From Hyphomicrobiaceae bacterium (GTDB lineage Bacteria; Pseudomonadota; Alphaproteobacteria; Rhizobiales; Hyphomicrobiaceae): a stretch of DNA of 54,537 nt. Made by a program: the position numbers and the translations under genes. Positions 46,943 to 54,537 of the stretch are shown one piece after another. The notes under the pieces were generated by a model. The model was not told where the DNA came from and did no database searches. It was given only the letters and a program-made list of their open reading frames with translations. The stretch spans positions 1 through 54,537 of the forward strand of contig DAORNH010000002.1 of assembly GCA_035440865.1 (NCBI GenBank), read 5' to 3'. Numbering within the stretch: position 1 is the stretch's first letter; every line of letters begins with the position of its first letter.

Positions 46943-47541
46943 GGGCGGATCTCGATGATGGGGATCTGCCCCCAGCTGCCCAGCTGATAGGTCTCGATCG
47001 TGATGTCCATCTGGTCGCTGTCGAAACGGGCCGGCACATCGAACTCGAAGTCCGCCGTCACCTGGACGCCGGAGGCCGGCGCCGCCGTGAAGGTGACGAG
47101 ACCCGTCGTGATATCGATGCTCCAGCCGGACGTGGCCTCGATGCCGTTGCGATAGAGCTTGGTGCTGCCGGCGACCAGCTTGACGATGGTGCGCTGCTCG
47201 ACCTCGGCGCCGCTCGCATAGTGCTTGACCAGCTGAAAGGTCTTGGTCGTGCCGTCGCCGACCCCGATCGCTTGCGCGAGGCCCTGGTAGTCGGTCCAGT
47301 CCTTGAAGCGGAAGCCATAGGCGCGACCCTTCCGCGCCCGAAAGAACGCAATCAAGGCTGCCACCTGGTCCCGCTTCTTCAGCCCGTGCGCCACATTCCA
47401 GCGGCCGCGCGCCTGCGCCCAATTGGCGTTGCGGCGCTCGTGGCCCGACACTGTGGTCACGACCGTCGTCGAGTAGCCGGGACCGCCCGCCGCGCCATAG
47501 GAGATGTCGGGCGGGAACTGAACCTCGTGGAACCCGGCCAT
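46939..47541 (-). CDS. Distal tail protein, DUF2460 / TIGR02217-like (RcGTA g12-like)
   Basis: MAGFHEVQFPPDISYGAAGGPGYSTTVVTTVSGHERRNANW. ATGA overlap with the next gene. Confidence 0.85.
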   Translation of the reverse strand: MAGFHEVQFPPDISYGAAGGPGYSTTVVTTVSGHERRNANWAQARGRWNVAHGLKKRDQVAALIAFFRARKGRAYGFRFKDWTDYQGLAQAIGVGDGTTKTFQLVKHYASGAEVEQRTIVKLVAGSTKLYRNGIEATSGWSIDITTGLVTFTAAPASGVQVTADFEFDVPARFDSDQMDITIETYQLGSWGQIPIIEIRP

Positions 47542-47553
47542 GATCGCCCTCCG

Positions 47554-49998
47554 TCAGAGATTGCACCGGGCCCGGTCGATGGCGCGCGCCGCCTCGGCCG
47601 CGATCTGCCCCTGCGCATAGCGAAAGCCGTTGGTGTCCGGCGTGGAGATATTCATCACCACGTTGATCGGTTGCGAAGCGCGGCTTTCCCGGCCCATGGA
47701 GCCGCCCAGGGCGCGCATCTGTTCGGGCGTCAGAACCGCCTCACCGCGCTTCAAGATGGCTGGTAGTTCGTCGGGCGCGAGGCCCGCCAGTCCGCCGGTG
47801 TGGTAGCGCGGCGCGGTCAGGAAGAGACCGGCATCCACCGAACGCGCGGGCGAGGCCGAATGGCCGATCACGCCACCTTCGTGGAAGAGGCCCGCGAAGA
47901 TCTGGCCGATGCCGCCCAGCAGATCGTCGGCGTTATCGTTCAAGAATCCTGCGAGTGGCGCGGTAATCGCCTGACGCACGGCGATCCGCGTGATGTCGGC
48001 CAGAATGCTCTCGGTCAGCGAGGAGAACTCGAACTTGCCGGTGGTCACGAAGGAAACGAGCGCGTCCTCCATGGACTGGAAGGCGAGCGTGGTTGCCTCT
48101 TCGGCCGCGCTCGCGGCGTCGGTCGAGGCATCGACATAATCCTTAAGCGCACGGCGCACGCCGTCCTGCCATTCGCGGCTCTGACGCAGGGCGCGCTCCT
48201 GCGCCTCGGCAAGGTCCTCGTTGGCCCCCGCGAGCGCCCGGTTGAAGGTCTCCTGGTCGATTGCGCCTGCGCGCAGGAGTGTATTCAGCCGCTCCAGCGT
48301 GGCGGCGTACTCTTCCGTCGGCGTTCGCGTCTGCTCGATGAGCCGGCGCCCTTCCTCGCGCAGCCGCTCTTCTTCGCGCATCGCTTTGGCGAGCTCTTCG
48401 CGAGCCTGTTTCTCGTCGTAGAGCGCGCCGGCCAGCCGCTCGACCTCCGCGCGCTGGGCGGCGGTCGCTCCCTCCGACAAGCGCGACAGCGCCTGATCGA
48501 TGGCGGCCTGCCGCTCATCGTTGAGACCTGCCACCTGGCGGCGAAAGTCCTCGATGATGCGGGCATTGGCAGCTCCGGCACGGGTTGCCGCCTCGCGCGC
48601 CGGGCGTTCGATGGCATCGATACGCCGACGCGCCAGTTCCTCGGCGCGCGCGATCGCCGCGTCGACATCGGAGGCATTGCTTCCATCGGGCAGGCGCAGC
48701 GCGGTCAAGCGCCGGCGCGTCTCCTCCAATTCCCGATTGATGCGGGCGATCCGCTCACCCGGATCCGTCGCGATCTGGTCGATCACCCGGTCGATGTCGC
48801 GGCGCTGTGTCGCCAGAAGCTCGGCCAGCCGCTCGGCCTCGGCGGCCCGGCGGCCCGCTTCGGCCTGGCGCTGCTCGGCGGCGAAGCTCTCGGCCTCGGA
48901 GCGGGCCTGCGCGATCAGATCATCGACCTGGCGCTGCAGCGCTTCGACCGTCCGACGCTGCTCCTCGATGGCGAAGCGCTGCCCGAGGAGGGGTGTGCCC
49001 GGGCCGCCAGCCTGCAGGCGGGCAAGCTCGTCCTGCGCTTCGATCAGACGTTTGTTGAGCGCGACGATCCGCGTCGCGATCGGATCGTCCTCGAACAGGC
49101 TGGCGATCCCTTCGGCGGCGTCGGCGAGCAAATTGAGCGCGCCTTCCGCCAAACCTGAAACAGCCGGCGTTTGGCCGATGGCCTCAAGCAGATTGCCCCA
49201 GGCATCGGAGAGCCGGTTGGCGGCGCCCGTAAGGCCGCCCGCCTCGGCTGCGCCCGCACCGCCGACTTGTTGTTCGAGCGCATCGAGGATGACCTTCTGC
49301 GCCTCAGCCGTCTGGCCGGTCTCGACCAGCGACTGGATGAGTTCACGCTGCGAGGCGGTGAAAGAAACACCGACCCGGCGCAGCGCCGAGATGCCCTCGA
49401 CGGGTTCCTCCAGCGCCTTGCCGAGTTGCGTCGCGGAGGATCGAAGATCCTGACCGAAAACGGCCGACAGATCCTGCGCCAGCCGGAGCGCCCGCGTGAA
49501 GGTATCGCCCGAGACCGAGCGGAAGGTCGCAAGCACGGCCGCGGCGTCCTGCACGGACTCGGCGGTCGTCAGCGTCGTGCGTTCGATTTCATCGGCGAAG
49601 GCGGCAATGGAGCGCGCGGTGAGGCCCGATGCCTGGCCGGTGGCGCGCAGCACCGCTTCGAGGCGGCGATAGGAGCGCTCAGCTTCGGCGGCCTCCTGCA
49701 ACCCCGCCGTCAAGGCGAGCCCGATGCCGGCCAAAGCCGCGCCGGCGGCGATGCCAGCCGGTCCCAGACGGGTGAGCGCGGCCCCGAGCGGACCAAGACG
49801 TCCCGTCATGGCCTCAAGCGAGCCGCGCACCTGGCCTGTCGCGCCGTCGATCGCCTGCAAGGCGCGCGAGGCGGGCCTGCTCGCGTCCTCGATGCGCTTC
49901 AGCGCGCGTTCGCCGGTCTCGCCGACATCGCGCAGCTCCGCCTTCACCTTGCCGCCGTCGATCACGGCGAGGCGGACGGAAAGATTGCGTTCAGCCAC
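47554..49998 (-). CDS. Tail tape measure protein
   Basis: 814 aa, Ala/Glu/Arg-rich helical protein with hydrophobic segments. Lies between the chaperone and distal tail genes. GTG start. Confidence 0.85.
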   Translation of the reverse strand: MAERNLSVRLAVIDGGKVKAELRDVGETGERALKRIEDASRPASRALQAIDGATGQVRGSLEAMTGRLGPLGAALTRLGPAGIAAGAALAGIGLALTAGLQEAAEAERSYRRLEAVLRATGQASGLTARSIAAFADEIERTTLTTAESVQDAAAVLATFRSVSGDTFTRALRLAQDLSAVFGQDLRSSATQLGKALEEPVEGISALRRVGVSFTASQRELIQSLVETGQTAEAQKVILDALEQQVGGAGAAEAGGLTGAANRLSDAWGNLLEAIGQTPAVSGLAEGALNLLADAAEGIASLFEDDPIATRIVALNKRLIEAQDELARLQAGGPGTPLLGQRFAIEEQRRTVEALQRQVDDLIAQARSEAESFAAEQRQAEAGRRAAEAERLAELLATQRRDIDRVIDQIATDPGERIARINRELEETRRRLTALRLPDGSNASDVDAAIARAEELARRRIDAIERPAREAATRAGAANARIIEDFRRQVAGLNDERQAAIDQALSRLSEGATAAQRAEVERLAGALYDEKQAREELAKAMREEERLREEGRRLIEQTRTPTEEYAATLERLNTLLRAGAIDQETFNRALAGANEDLAEAQERALRQSREWQDGVRRALKDYVDASTDAASAAEEATTLAFQSMEDALVSFVTTGKFEFSSLTESILADITRIAVRQAITAPLAGFLNDNADDLLGGIGQIFAGLFHEGGVIGHSASPARSVDAGLFLTAPRYHTGGLAGLAPDELPAILKRGEAVLTPEQMRALGGSMGRESRASQPINVVMNISTPDTNGFRYAQGQIAAEAARAIDRARCNL

Positions 49999-50088
49999 CT
50001 TTTTACCCGAAGATTAGCAAGTCGGAAAAGTTATGAGCAGTGCGTGCCGAAGAGGCGCACTACTCATGTCGCTTACGAAAGAAACAAA

Positions 50089-51132
50089 ATGCCTGCCCCT
50101 GAGCTGCGCATCGGAAATCGAACAGCGTATCTTCGCAAAGCGATCAGGACGCCAGATTTTCAAAGTGAAAGCGTGTTGACTCGCGACGCGTTTCAGTTTG
50201 CTGAACTATGGTTGCGCCGAAATTGCAGAGAAGCGTTGCCATTCTGGCGACAGGCAGCAAATTACTATTCCGCGTCACGAAATTTGCCTGCCGTATCTGC
50301 CCCACTCACCAGCTATTATTGCTTTCTGAACGCCACAAAAGCGCTGTTGACTGTCAAAGGTGTTGCCTTTTCGGAAAGGCACGGCGTTTCTGGCGAATTC
50401 AACCCAGCAGCCAAAAGAGTTCTTTCAAACGAGGTTGTGAAGATTCAATCGGCTGGAATAATGACAGCGCTATCCAGTTACATGGAAGAACCCGAAACCC
50501 AGAACGAACATGCGCTAACTGATCTGCTCGCAAATCTCCCCTTCATACATCGCTCCTATCGACACACATTCAAATCACAGAAGGAATTGTTCATTCCAGT
50601 GAGAAATGTGGTCTACAGGAAACACCCAACTGATGACTATGTTTGGTTCACTGCGGAAATTGTCGGAAGATTTGCCGACAAACGTAGCCTAAGAACGCTA
50701 CCGCCACGTTTTGAGGTGGATGCAGGTTATGATGATCGCTGCGTCATCCGCACGAAAAAGCGGATCAAGTGGTTTCGTCGAGGAACTCCAAAAGCATCCA
50801 AAGCTCAAGCGTTAGCACGCCTGAACACACTGCATCGCTCCGTCAGACTCGATCTGAGCTTCATTTCTGCGCCTCTAGACCTATGGTACTTACGTCGGGA
50901 GGTCAGCGGAAATTCGATCATTCGTCGCTATGGCATGACGATGATAATGGCAATAATGCACCGCCTAAGTGAACTTTCGAGGTACGACCCTAAAGGGCTA
51001 TCGGGCCACCTAGATGGACAAGCTAACTGGCTCCTGACTGAGTTCATTCAGCTCGCCCCAGCTCAATTCATCGATGAGATTATTTGCGAAATGACATCGT
51101 TGGAGTTTCGCCTTCCTGGTGTGCGACCTTAG
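50089..51132 (+). CDS. YaaC-like family protein, an AT-richer moron on the opposite strand inside the tail operon
   Basis: APLTSYYCFLNATKALLTV, ERHGVSG, EVVKIQSAGIMTAL and IMAIMHRLSELSRYDP appear in the same order as the motifs recalled from B. subtilis YaaC. Only the last 347 codons of track ORF 49171-51132 are used. Confidence 0.6.
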   Translation: MPAPELRIGNRTAYLRKAIRTPDFQSESVLTRDAFQFAELWLRRNCREALPFWRQAANYYSASRNLPAVSAPLTSYYCFLNATKALLTVKGVAFSERHGVSGEFNPAAKRVLSNEVVKIQSAGIMTALSSYMEEPETQNEHALTDLLANLPFIHRSYRHTFKSQKELFIPVRNVVYRKHPTDDYVWFTAEIVGRFADKRSLRTLPPRFEVDAGYDDRCVIRTKKRIKWFRRGTPKASKAQALARLNTLHRSVRLDLSFISAPLDLWYLRREVSGNSIIRRYGMTMIMAIMHRLSELSRYDPKGLSGHLDGQANWLLTEFIQLAPAQFIDEIICEMTSLEFRLPGVRP

Positions 51133-51147
51133 GACGGACAGGCGAAA

Positions 51148-51884
51148 TTACGTGGATTCCTGAGCCAACGAGAACCTATCATTCAAAGCCTTCACCAATC
51201 CCGCTTCCCCTGCAGGCAACAGCTCGGCGAGAGCCTGCTCGCCGTAACCAGCTGCGCGGCCCAATTGGATCGCGGCAGCGAGATCGAGACCGATCACGCC
51301 GGCGCCTTGGGGCGCCAGGCGAAGCTGTCCACTGCAGCGCGTCAGCACGTCCCAGGCCGCCCAGCCCGCGTCGCTCAGCGGCTCATGGGCAATGTAGGGA
51401 CAGCAATTGCCGTCGATGCCCGCCTCGCCGCGCGCACAGGGACGCCGGTCGCGCCGGCAGCCTTCGCAATAGGACGGCCCACCCCCGAAATGCCATTGGG
51501 CGCGGGCCGTCAGACGTTTTTTTCAGCGTCCAGCAGAAGCGCGGGTCCCAGGTAGTTCCGCTCGAAGGCTTCGGCGATCGGCCAGAGGTCGAGGAGCGCG
51601 TCGAGCCCCTCCGGCGTGACCGCGACCGGCTTTCCCTCCGTGTCGCCAACCCCCTCCCAGTCGTCGACGGCAAGCCGCGCCAGCGCCTTCACCAGCGCCG
51701 CCGTGCGCAAGCCGACGGAGGCCTCGTCGTCGATCGGCACGCCGACGTTCGCGCGCGCGGCGGCGGCGCGGGCCGCCATGACCAGCGCGGTCGAGCAGGG
51801 TCGCACATGGACGCGAACGCCATGGCCGAGATCGAGCCAGTGCGGCTCACGCTTCAAGTCCAGCCGGATCATGAGAACCCTCAC
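51148..51884 (-). CDS. Predicted -1 frameshift fusion chaperone (GT-like)
   Basis: A -1 slip on A AAA AAC joins the G frame to an open frame running to the TAA at 51148-51150. That frame includes track ORF 51148-51348, with no stops in between. Confidence 0.6.
51510..51884 (-). CDS. Tail assembly chaperone (G-like, RcGTA g10-like)
   Basis: 124 aa immediately downstream of the tail tube gene (ATGA overlap). Ends with a slippery heptamer. Confidence 0.7.
   Translation of the reverse strand: MRVLMIRLDLKREPHWLDLGHGVRVHVRPCSTALVMAARAAAARANVGVPIDDEASVGLRTAALVKALARLAVDDWEGVGDTEGKPVAVTPEGLDALLDLWPIAEAFERNYLGPALLLDAEKNV
51516..51524 (-). promoter_or_regulatory. Programmed -1 ribosomal frameshift slippery site G AAA AAA C
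   Basis: The plus strand reads gtttttttc. In the G frame the codons are gaA AAA AAC, 2 codons before the G stop. Confidence 0.6.
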
Positions 51885-53158
51885 ACGTAAGAGGCAACGT
51901 CATTCAGCAGGCGCGCGCGCAGCATGGTGCCTTGCGTCTCATCGAAGGCGGCGCGCCAGTCGAAGCTCGCCTCGACCCCGCCGGGGCCGGAGACAGCGTA
52001 TTTCGGTTTGGGAAGGAAGACGCGGAAGAGCTCGAACTTGAGTTCCCAGCCCTCCGCCATGGTAAAACCGTAGTCGACCACGACCGGATCGCCATTGGCG
52101 GCTTCCGCCACCAGCGTGGCGCCATCGAAGCGCACGGTCATGCCACCCTGGCACGAGGCGAAGGTGGGATCGGCGGCTTCGATCTTGCCGTCCTCGCGGA
52201 TGACACGCACCCGTTCCAGATTGTTGGAGAAGGTCAGGGTGCCGCCCGTGACCCCGGCCAGCGCCGAGCCGCCGCGACGGATGAAGCCGCGGCCCTGGCT
52301 GAAGCGCTTGAGCGCAAAACTGTCCGGCGTGGCGTCGATCGTCGCCGCCGCACCTTCCTCGCCCTGCGCCACCAGCTGCAGGCGCGCATTGGCCGGACCT
52401 TCCTGGCCCATCTCGAAGGTGAGGTTCTCGACGACCGTCCCCAGGTGGCGAAAGAAGACCGGGGTCACCAGCTTTGGATGGCCAACCTCGAAGGTGAAGC
52501 TCGGAATGTCGTCGGCGCCGCTGTCCCAGACATGCGCGTAACCGCCGCCCTTGAGCGTCGTTCCCGAGACGGTGCCGTTGCTCGTCGCCGATGCTGCGAG
52601 CGTGAAGGCATTGCCGGTGGGGCCCGCCGTGTCGTGCGTGATCGTGAGCGTCGTGCCGCCACTCGTGCCATAGGTCGCGGCGGACACAAGCGGCGAGGCG
52701 CTCGCGTTGAGGGCAGCGGCGGCATTGGTCAGGGTTGCGGCGAGCGTGCCGCCGATTTCGATCTGGTTGCCCGAAGGCGTACCCGAGACGAAGGTCCAGA
52801 CCACGCCATTGATCGTGATCGTGCTGGTGGCCGTCGGCTGCCCGGCAAAGGCGATGCTGCCCGAAGCCGCGACGGTCGTCGTGGTCGGATCGCCGAACAG
52901 GGCGGTCAGCCAGAACCCGGTGCCGCGCAAGTCGAGCGGGATTTCGATCTGCCCTTCATCGGTGATCAGCCCGCGATAGGGATCCTGCGCGTTGCGCCCG
53001 CGCCCGAGCAGCGGATCATCGCCCAATGGCTGGTTCGAGGAGAGATCCGTCGATTTGAAATCCAGACTGCGATAGCCGGCGAGCGGCGCCACACCGTAGC
53101 TGACCTCTCGGGCAACCTTGAGCGTGGCGTCCGCGCCGTAAGCGCGCACCTTGGCCAT
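51881..53158 (-). CDS. Major tail (tube) protein with a large internal insertion
   Basis: 425 aa, positioned directly upstream of the chaperones. The Thr/Ser/Gly/Ala-rich central segment (~aa 92-215) interrupts an otherwise tube-like sequence. Confidence 0.65.
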   Translation of the reverse strand: MAKVRAYGADATLKVAREVSYGVAPLAGYRSLDFKSTDLSSNQPLGDDPLLGRGRNAQDPYRGLITDEGQIEIPLDLRGTGFWLTALFGDPTTTTVAASGSIAFAGQPTATSTITINGVVWTFVSGTPSGNQIEIGGTLAATLTNAAAALNASASPLVSAATYGTSGGTTLTITHDTAGPTGNAFTLAASATSNGTVSGTTLKGGGYAHVWDSGADDIPSFTFEVGHPKLVTPVFFRHLGTVVENLTFEMGQEGPANARLQLVAQGEEGAAATIDATPDSFALKRFSQGRGFIRRGGSALAGVTGGTLTFSNNLERVRVIREDGKIEAADPTFASCQGGMTVRFDGATLVAEAANGDPVVVDYGFTMAEGWELKFELFRVFLPKPKYAVSGPGGVEASFDWRAAFDETQGTMLRARLLNDVASYV

Positions 53159-53185
53159 ATCGGACTCCTTGGGTAGCGGTGTTGA

Positions 53186-53617
53186 TCAGGAGGTGAGCGG
53201 ATCGCTCACCAGGTATTCGATCGTGATGGTGAGGCGGGCGCTCAGGATCGGCGCGGCGCCTTCGATCGCGAGTGCCGACACCTCTGGCGCGGAGGTATTG
53301 AGGTTCTCCGCAAGGCCGCCCATCGATGGGTCGGTTGCCAGCGCCAGGCCGATGTCGCCAAGCAGGTCATCGAGGGCGGCCTCGCCGCTGCCATCGGCCG
53401 CACGTGTCACATAGGTTTCGATCTCGATCCGGTGGCTATAGAACTCGGTGCGCGGATTGAGCGTGACGTCGGGCTCTCCCGGCTCGCCGTCGCGCAGGAT
53501 CACCAGGCCCGCCACCGGCACTTTCTCGGGCAGGGTCTCGTTTCGCCGCACGGTGGCCGAAAGCAGGGTCTGGAGCCGTTCGAACAGGGCGGACAGAATC
53601 GCCTCGCGTCGCGACAT
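53186..53617 (-). CDS. Tail terminator/completion protein candidate (DUF3168-like)
   Basis: 143 aa from MSRREAILSALFERL. Position upstream of the tube gene. Start overlaps the upstream stop. Confidence 0.45.
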   Translation of the reverse strand: MSRREAILSALFERLQTLLSATVRRNETLPEKVPVAGLVILRDGEPGEPDVTLNPRTEFYSHRIEIETYVTRAADGSGEAALDDLLGDIGLALATDPSMGGLAENLNTSAPEVSALAIEGAAPILSARLTITIEYLVSDPLTS

Positions 53618-54282
53618 CAGCGCGTGCTCCCTTCCGTCAATCGCCACTGCCGCAATACAAGTTCCGGCAATCGGCCATGCCAGCGCCGGGCGGCGCCCGC
53701 AAAATCGAGCCGTTTCTTGAACGTCACGCTCGGCACCAGCACGAAGATCGGCACCGTGCTGCGCCCGGAGAGCCGGGTGAAGGTCGAACCCTGCCGGCGC
53801 CCCTGATTGGCGACGGCGCGCCCTCGGCTGTTCAGCCGCGAATTGTCGGCGACCAGCAAGGATGGCGCGCCACGACGGTAGACGAAGCGCAGGCGCATCC
53901 CCGTTCGCCGCTCCCAGCCGCCTGGCGTGATCTTGGCGCCGCCATCGCCGTAGCGTCCCGCCGCCAGCGTCGGGATCGCCAGGAACAGCCCCGTGGTGGA
54001 GCGGATGGTCGCGCCGTCCTCGTAGATGCGCACGATTCCCGGCGCCTTGCTCCAGACGAAGCCCGCGGCGGCGACGCTGCTCTGGCCTTTTGGATAGACC
54101 TCGCCGCGCCAGGTCCGGGCGAGTTTCTCGCCAAGGCCGGCTCCGGTGATTTGCGTTCTGAGCTCGCCTTTGAGCCCATCCGTCGCTTCGCGTACCCCCA
54201 GCGTGATGGCGCGCTCCGCCCCTTTGAGCTCGGCCTCCATCAGCTGCTTCAGGCTGCCCGACAGGGCGGCGGAGAGTCTCAT
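53617..54282 (-). CDS. Phage neck / head-tail connector-region protein (family not recognised)
   Basis: 221 aa, translationally coupled on both sides within the morphogenesis operon. Confidence 0.4.
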   Translation of the reverse strand: MRLSAALSGSLKQLMEAELKGAERAITLGVREATDGLKGELRTQITGAGLGEKLARTWRGEVYPKGQSSVAAAGFVWSKAPGIVRIYEDGATIRSTTGLFLAIPTLAAGRYGDGGAKITPGGWERRTGMRLRFVYRRGAPSLLVADNSRLNSRGRAVANQGRRQGSTFTRLSGRSTVPIFVLVPSVTFKKRLDFAGAARRWHGRLPELVLRQWRLTEGSTR

Positions 54283-54537
54283 GGGGAACGTCCCTCGACC
54301 GTCCAGATCAGCCGTTCCGCGTCACGCACCGGCTCGCCCTGAACGAGCAGGATGTCGCCATCGATCTCGATCGTATCGCCGGCGGCAATGGTCGGCGCTT
54401 CGGAGACGCGCAGATCGACGAGAGCGACCGGCGTCACGAGGCGCGTGTCCCCGAACGCCGAGATCGCCTCGGGACGTCGGACGACGGCGCGGATCGCCAC
54501 GCCGGATCCGGCGCCTGCCACCCGCCAGATCGCATCG
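54279..54537 (-). CDS. Head-tail joining protein candidate, probably continuing past the right edge
   Basis: The open frame reaches the window end. ATGA coupling to the downstream gene. Confidence 0.35.
   Translation of the reverse strand, partial: DAIWRVAGAGSGVAIRAVVRRPEAISAFGDTRLVTPVALVDLRVSEAPTIAAGDTIEIDGDILLVQGEPVRDAERLIWTVEGRSP

Noticed and set aside
45362-47566. Track ORF of 734 aa spanning the g12 and g13 region
   Set aside because: The first 208 codons are an out-of-frame read-through over the real DUF2460-like gene (46939-47541). The true start is the ATG at 46942 with an ATGA overlap.
51383-51673. Arg-rich 96-aa ORF as the candidate frameshift product of the tail chaperone
   Set aside because: It is in the +1 frame relative to the chaperone, has a junk-like composition and terminates early. 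The -1 frame is the one that is open to 51148 and is entered by the canonical heptamer.

Overview
By eye this is a GC-rich accessory region with alphaproteobacterial-style genes, built from five blocks. (1) 1-5371, minus strand: an array of three 5'-truncated rhs C-terminal toxin cassettes. Each is followed by a small AT-richer putative immunity gene, and a further YD-repeat fragment runs off the left edge. (2) 5640-9825, plus strand: a P4-type tyrosine integrase, two tandem paralogous unknown genes, an AlpA/Xis-like HTH gene and a winged-helix gene ending in iteron-like palindromic repeats. (3) 10027-22259, all minus strand: a defence block containing a type I R-M operon in the order hsdM-hsdS-X-hsdR, where X is a SIR2-like gene. 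Upstream of it lies a ~1560-aa protein combining a PD-(D/E)xK nuclease, a P-loop STAND-like NTPase and a long helical C-terminus (Avs-like architecture). (4) 22919-37039: a copper and heavy-metal module. It has a multicopper oxidase operon. It also has a ZntA/CadA-type P1B ATPase with PCuAC and SCO1. Two MerR regulators have near-identical operators inside 19-bp-spacer promoters, and the second drives an operon of PaaK-like ligase, HMA-CDF, CcdA, LspA and CYP152, whose P450 is split by an IS630-family element with a TA duplication. (5) 37105 to the right edge, minus strand: the late region of a siphovirus-type prophage or GTA-related element. It runs neck, tail terminator, large tail tube, G/GT chaperone with an A AAA AAC slippery site, tape measure, RcGTA g12-g15-like distal tail genes, fibre-like genes, M15 endolysin and overlapping spanins. 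An AT-richer YaaC-like gene is inserted antisense between the chaperone and the tape measure. The most interesting candidates are the SIR2-like gene in the PrrC position of the R-M operon, the nuclease-STAND giant, the YaaC-like moron, the MerR-controlled ligase/P450 operon and the orphan rhs array. No tRNA, rRNA or CRISPR array could be supported. All family assignments come from motif reading only, with no database search.
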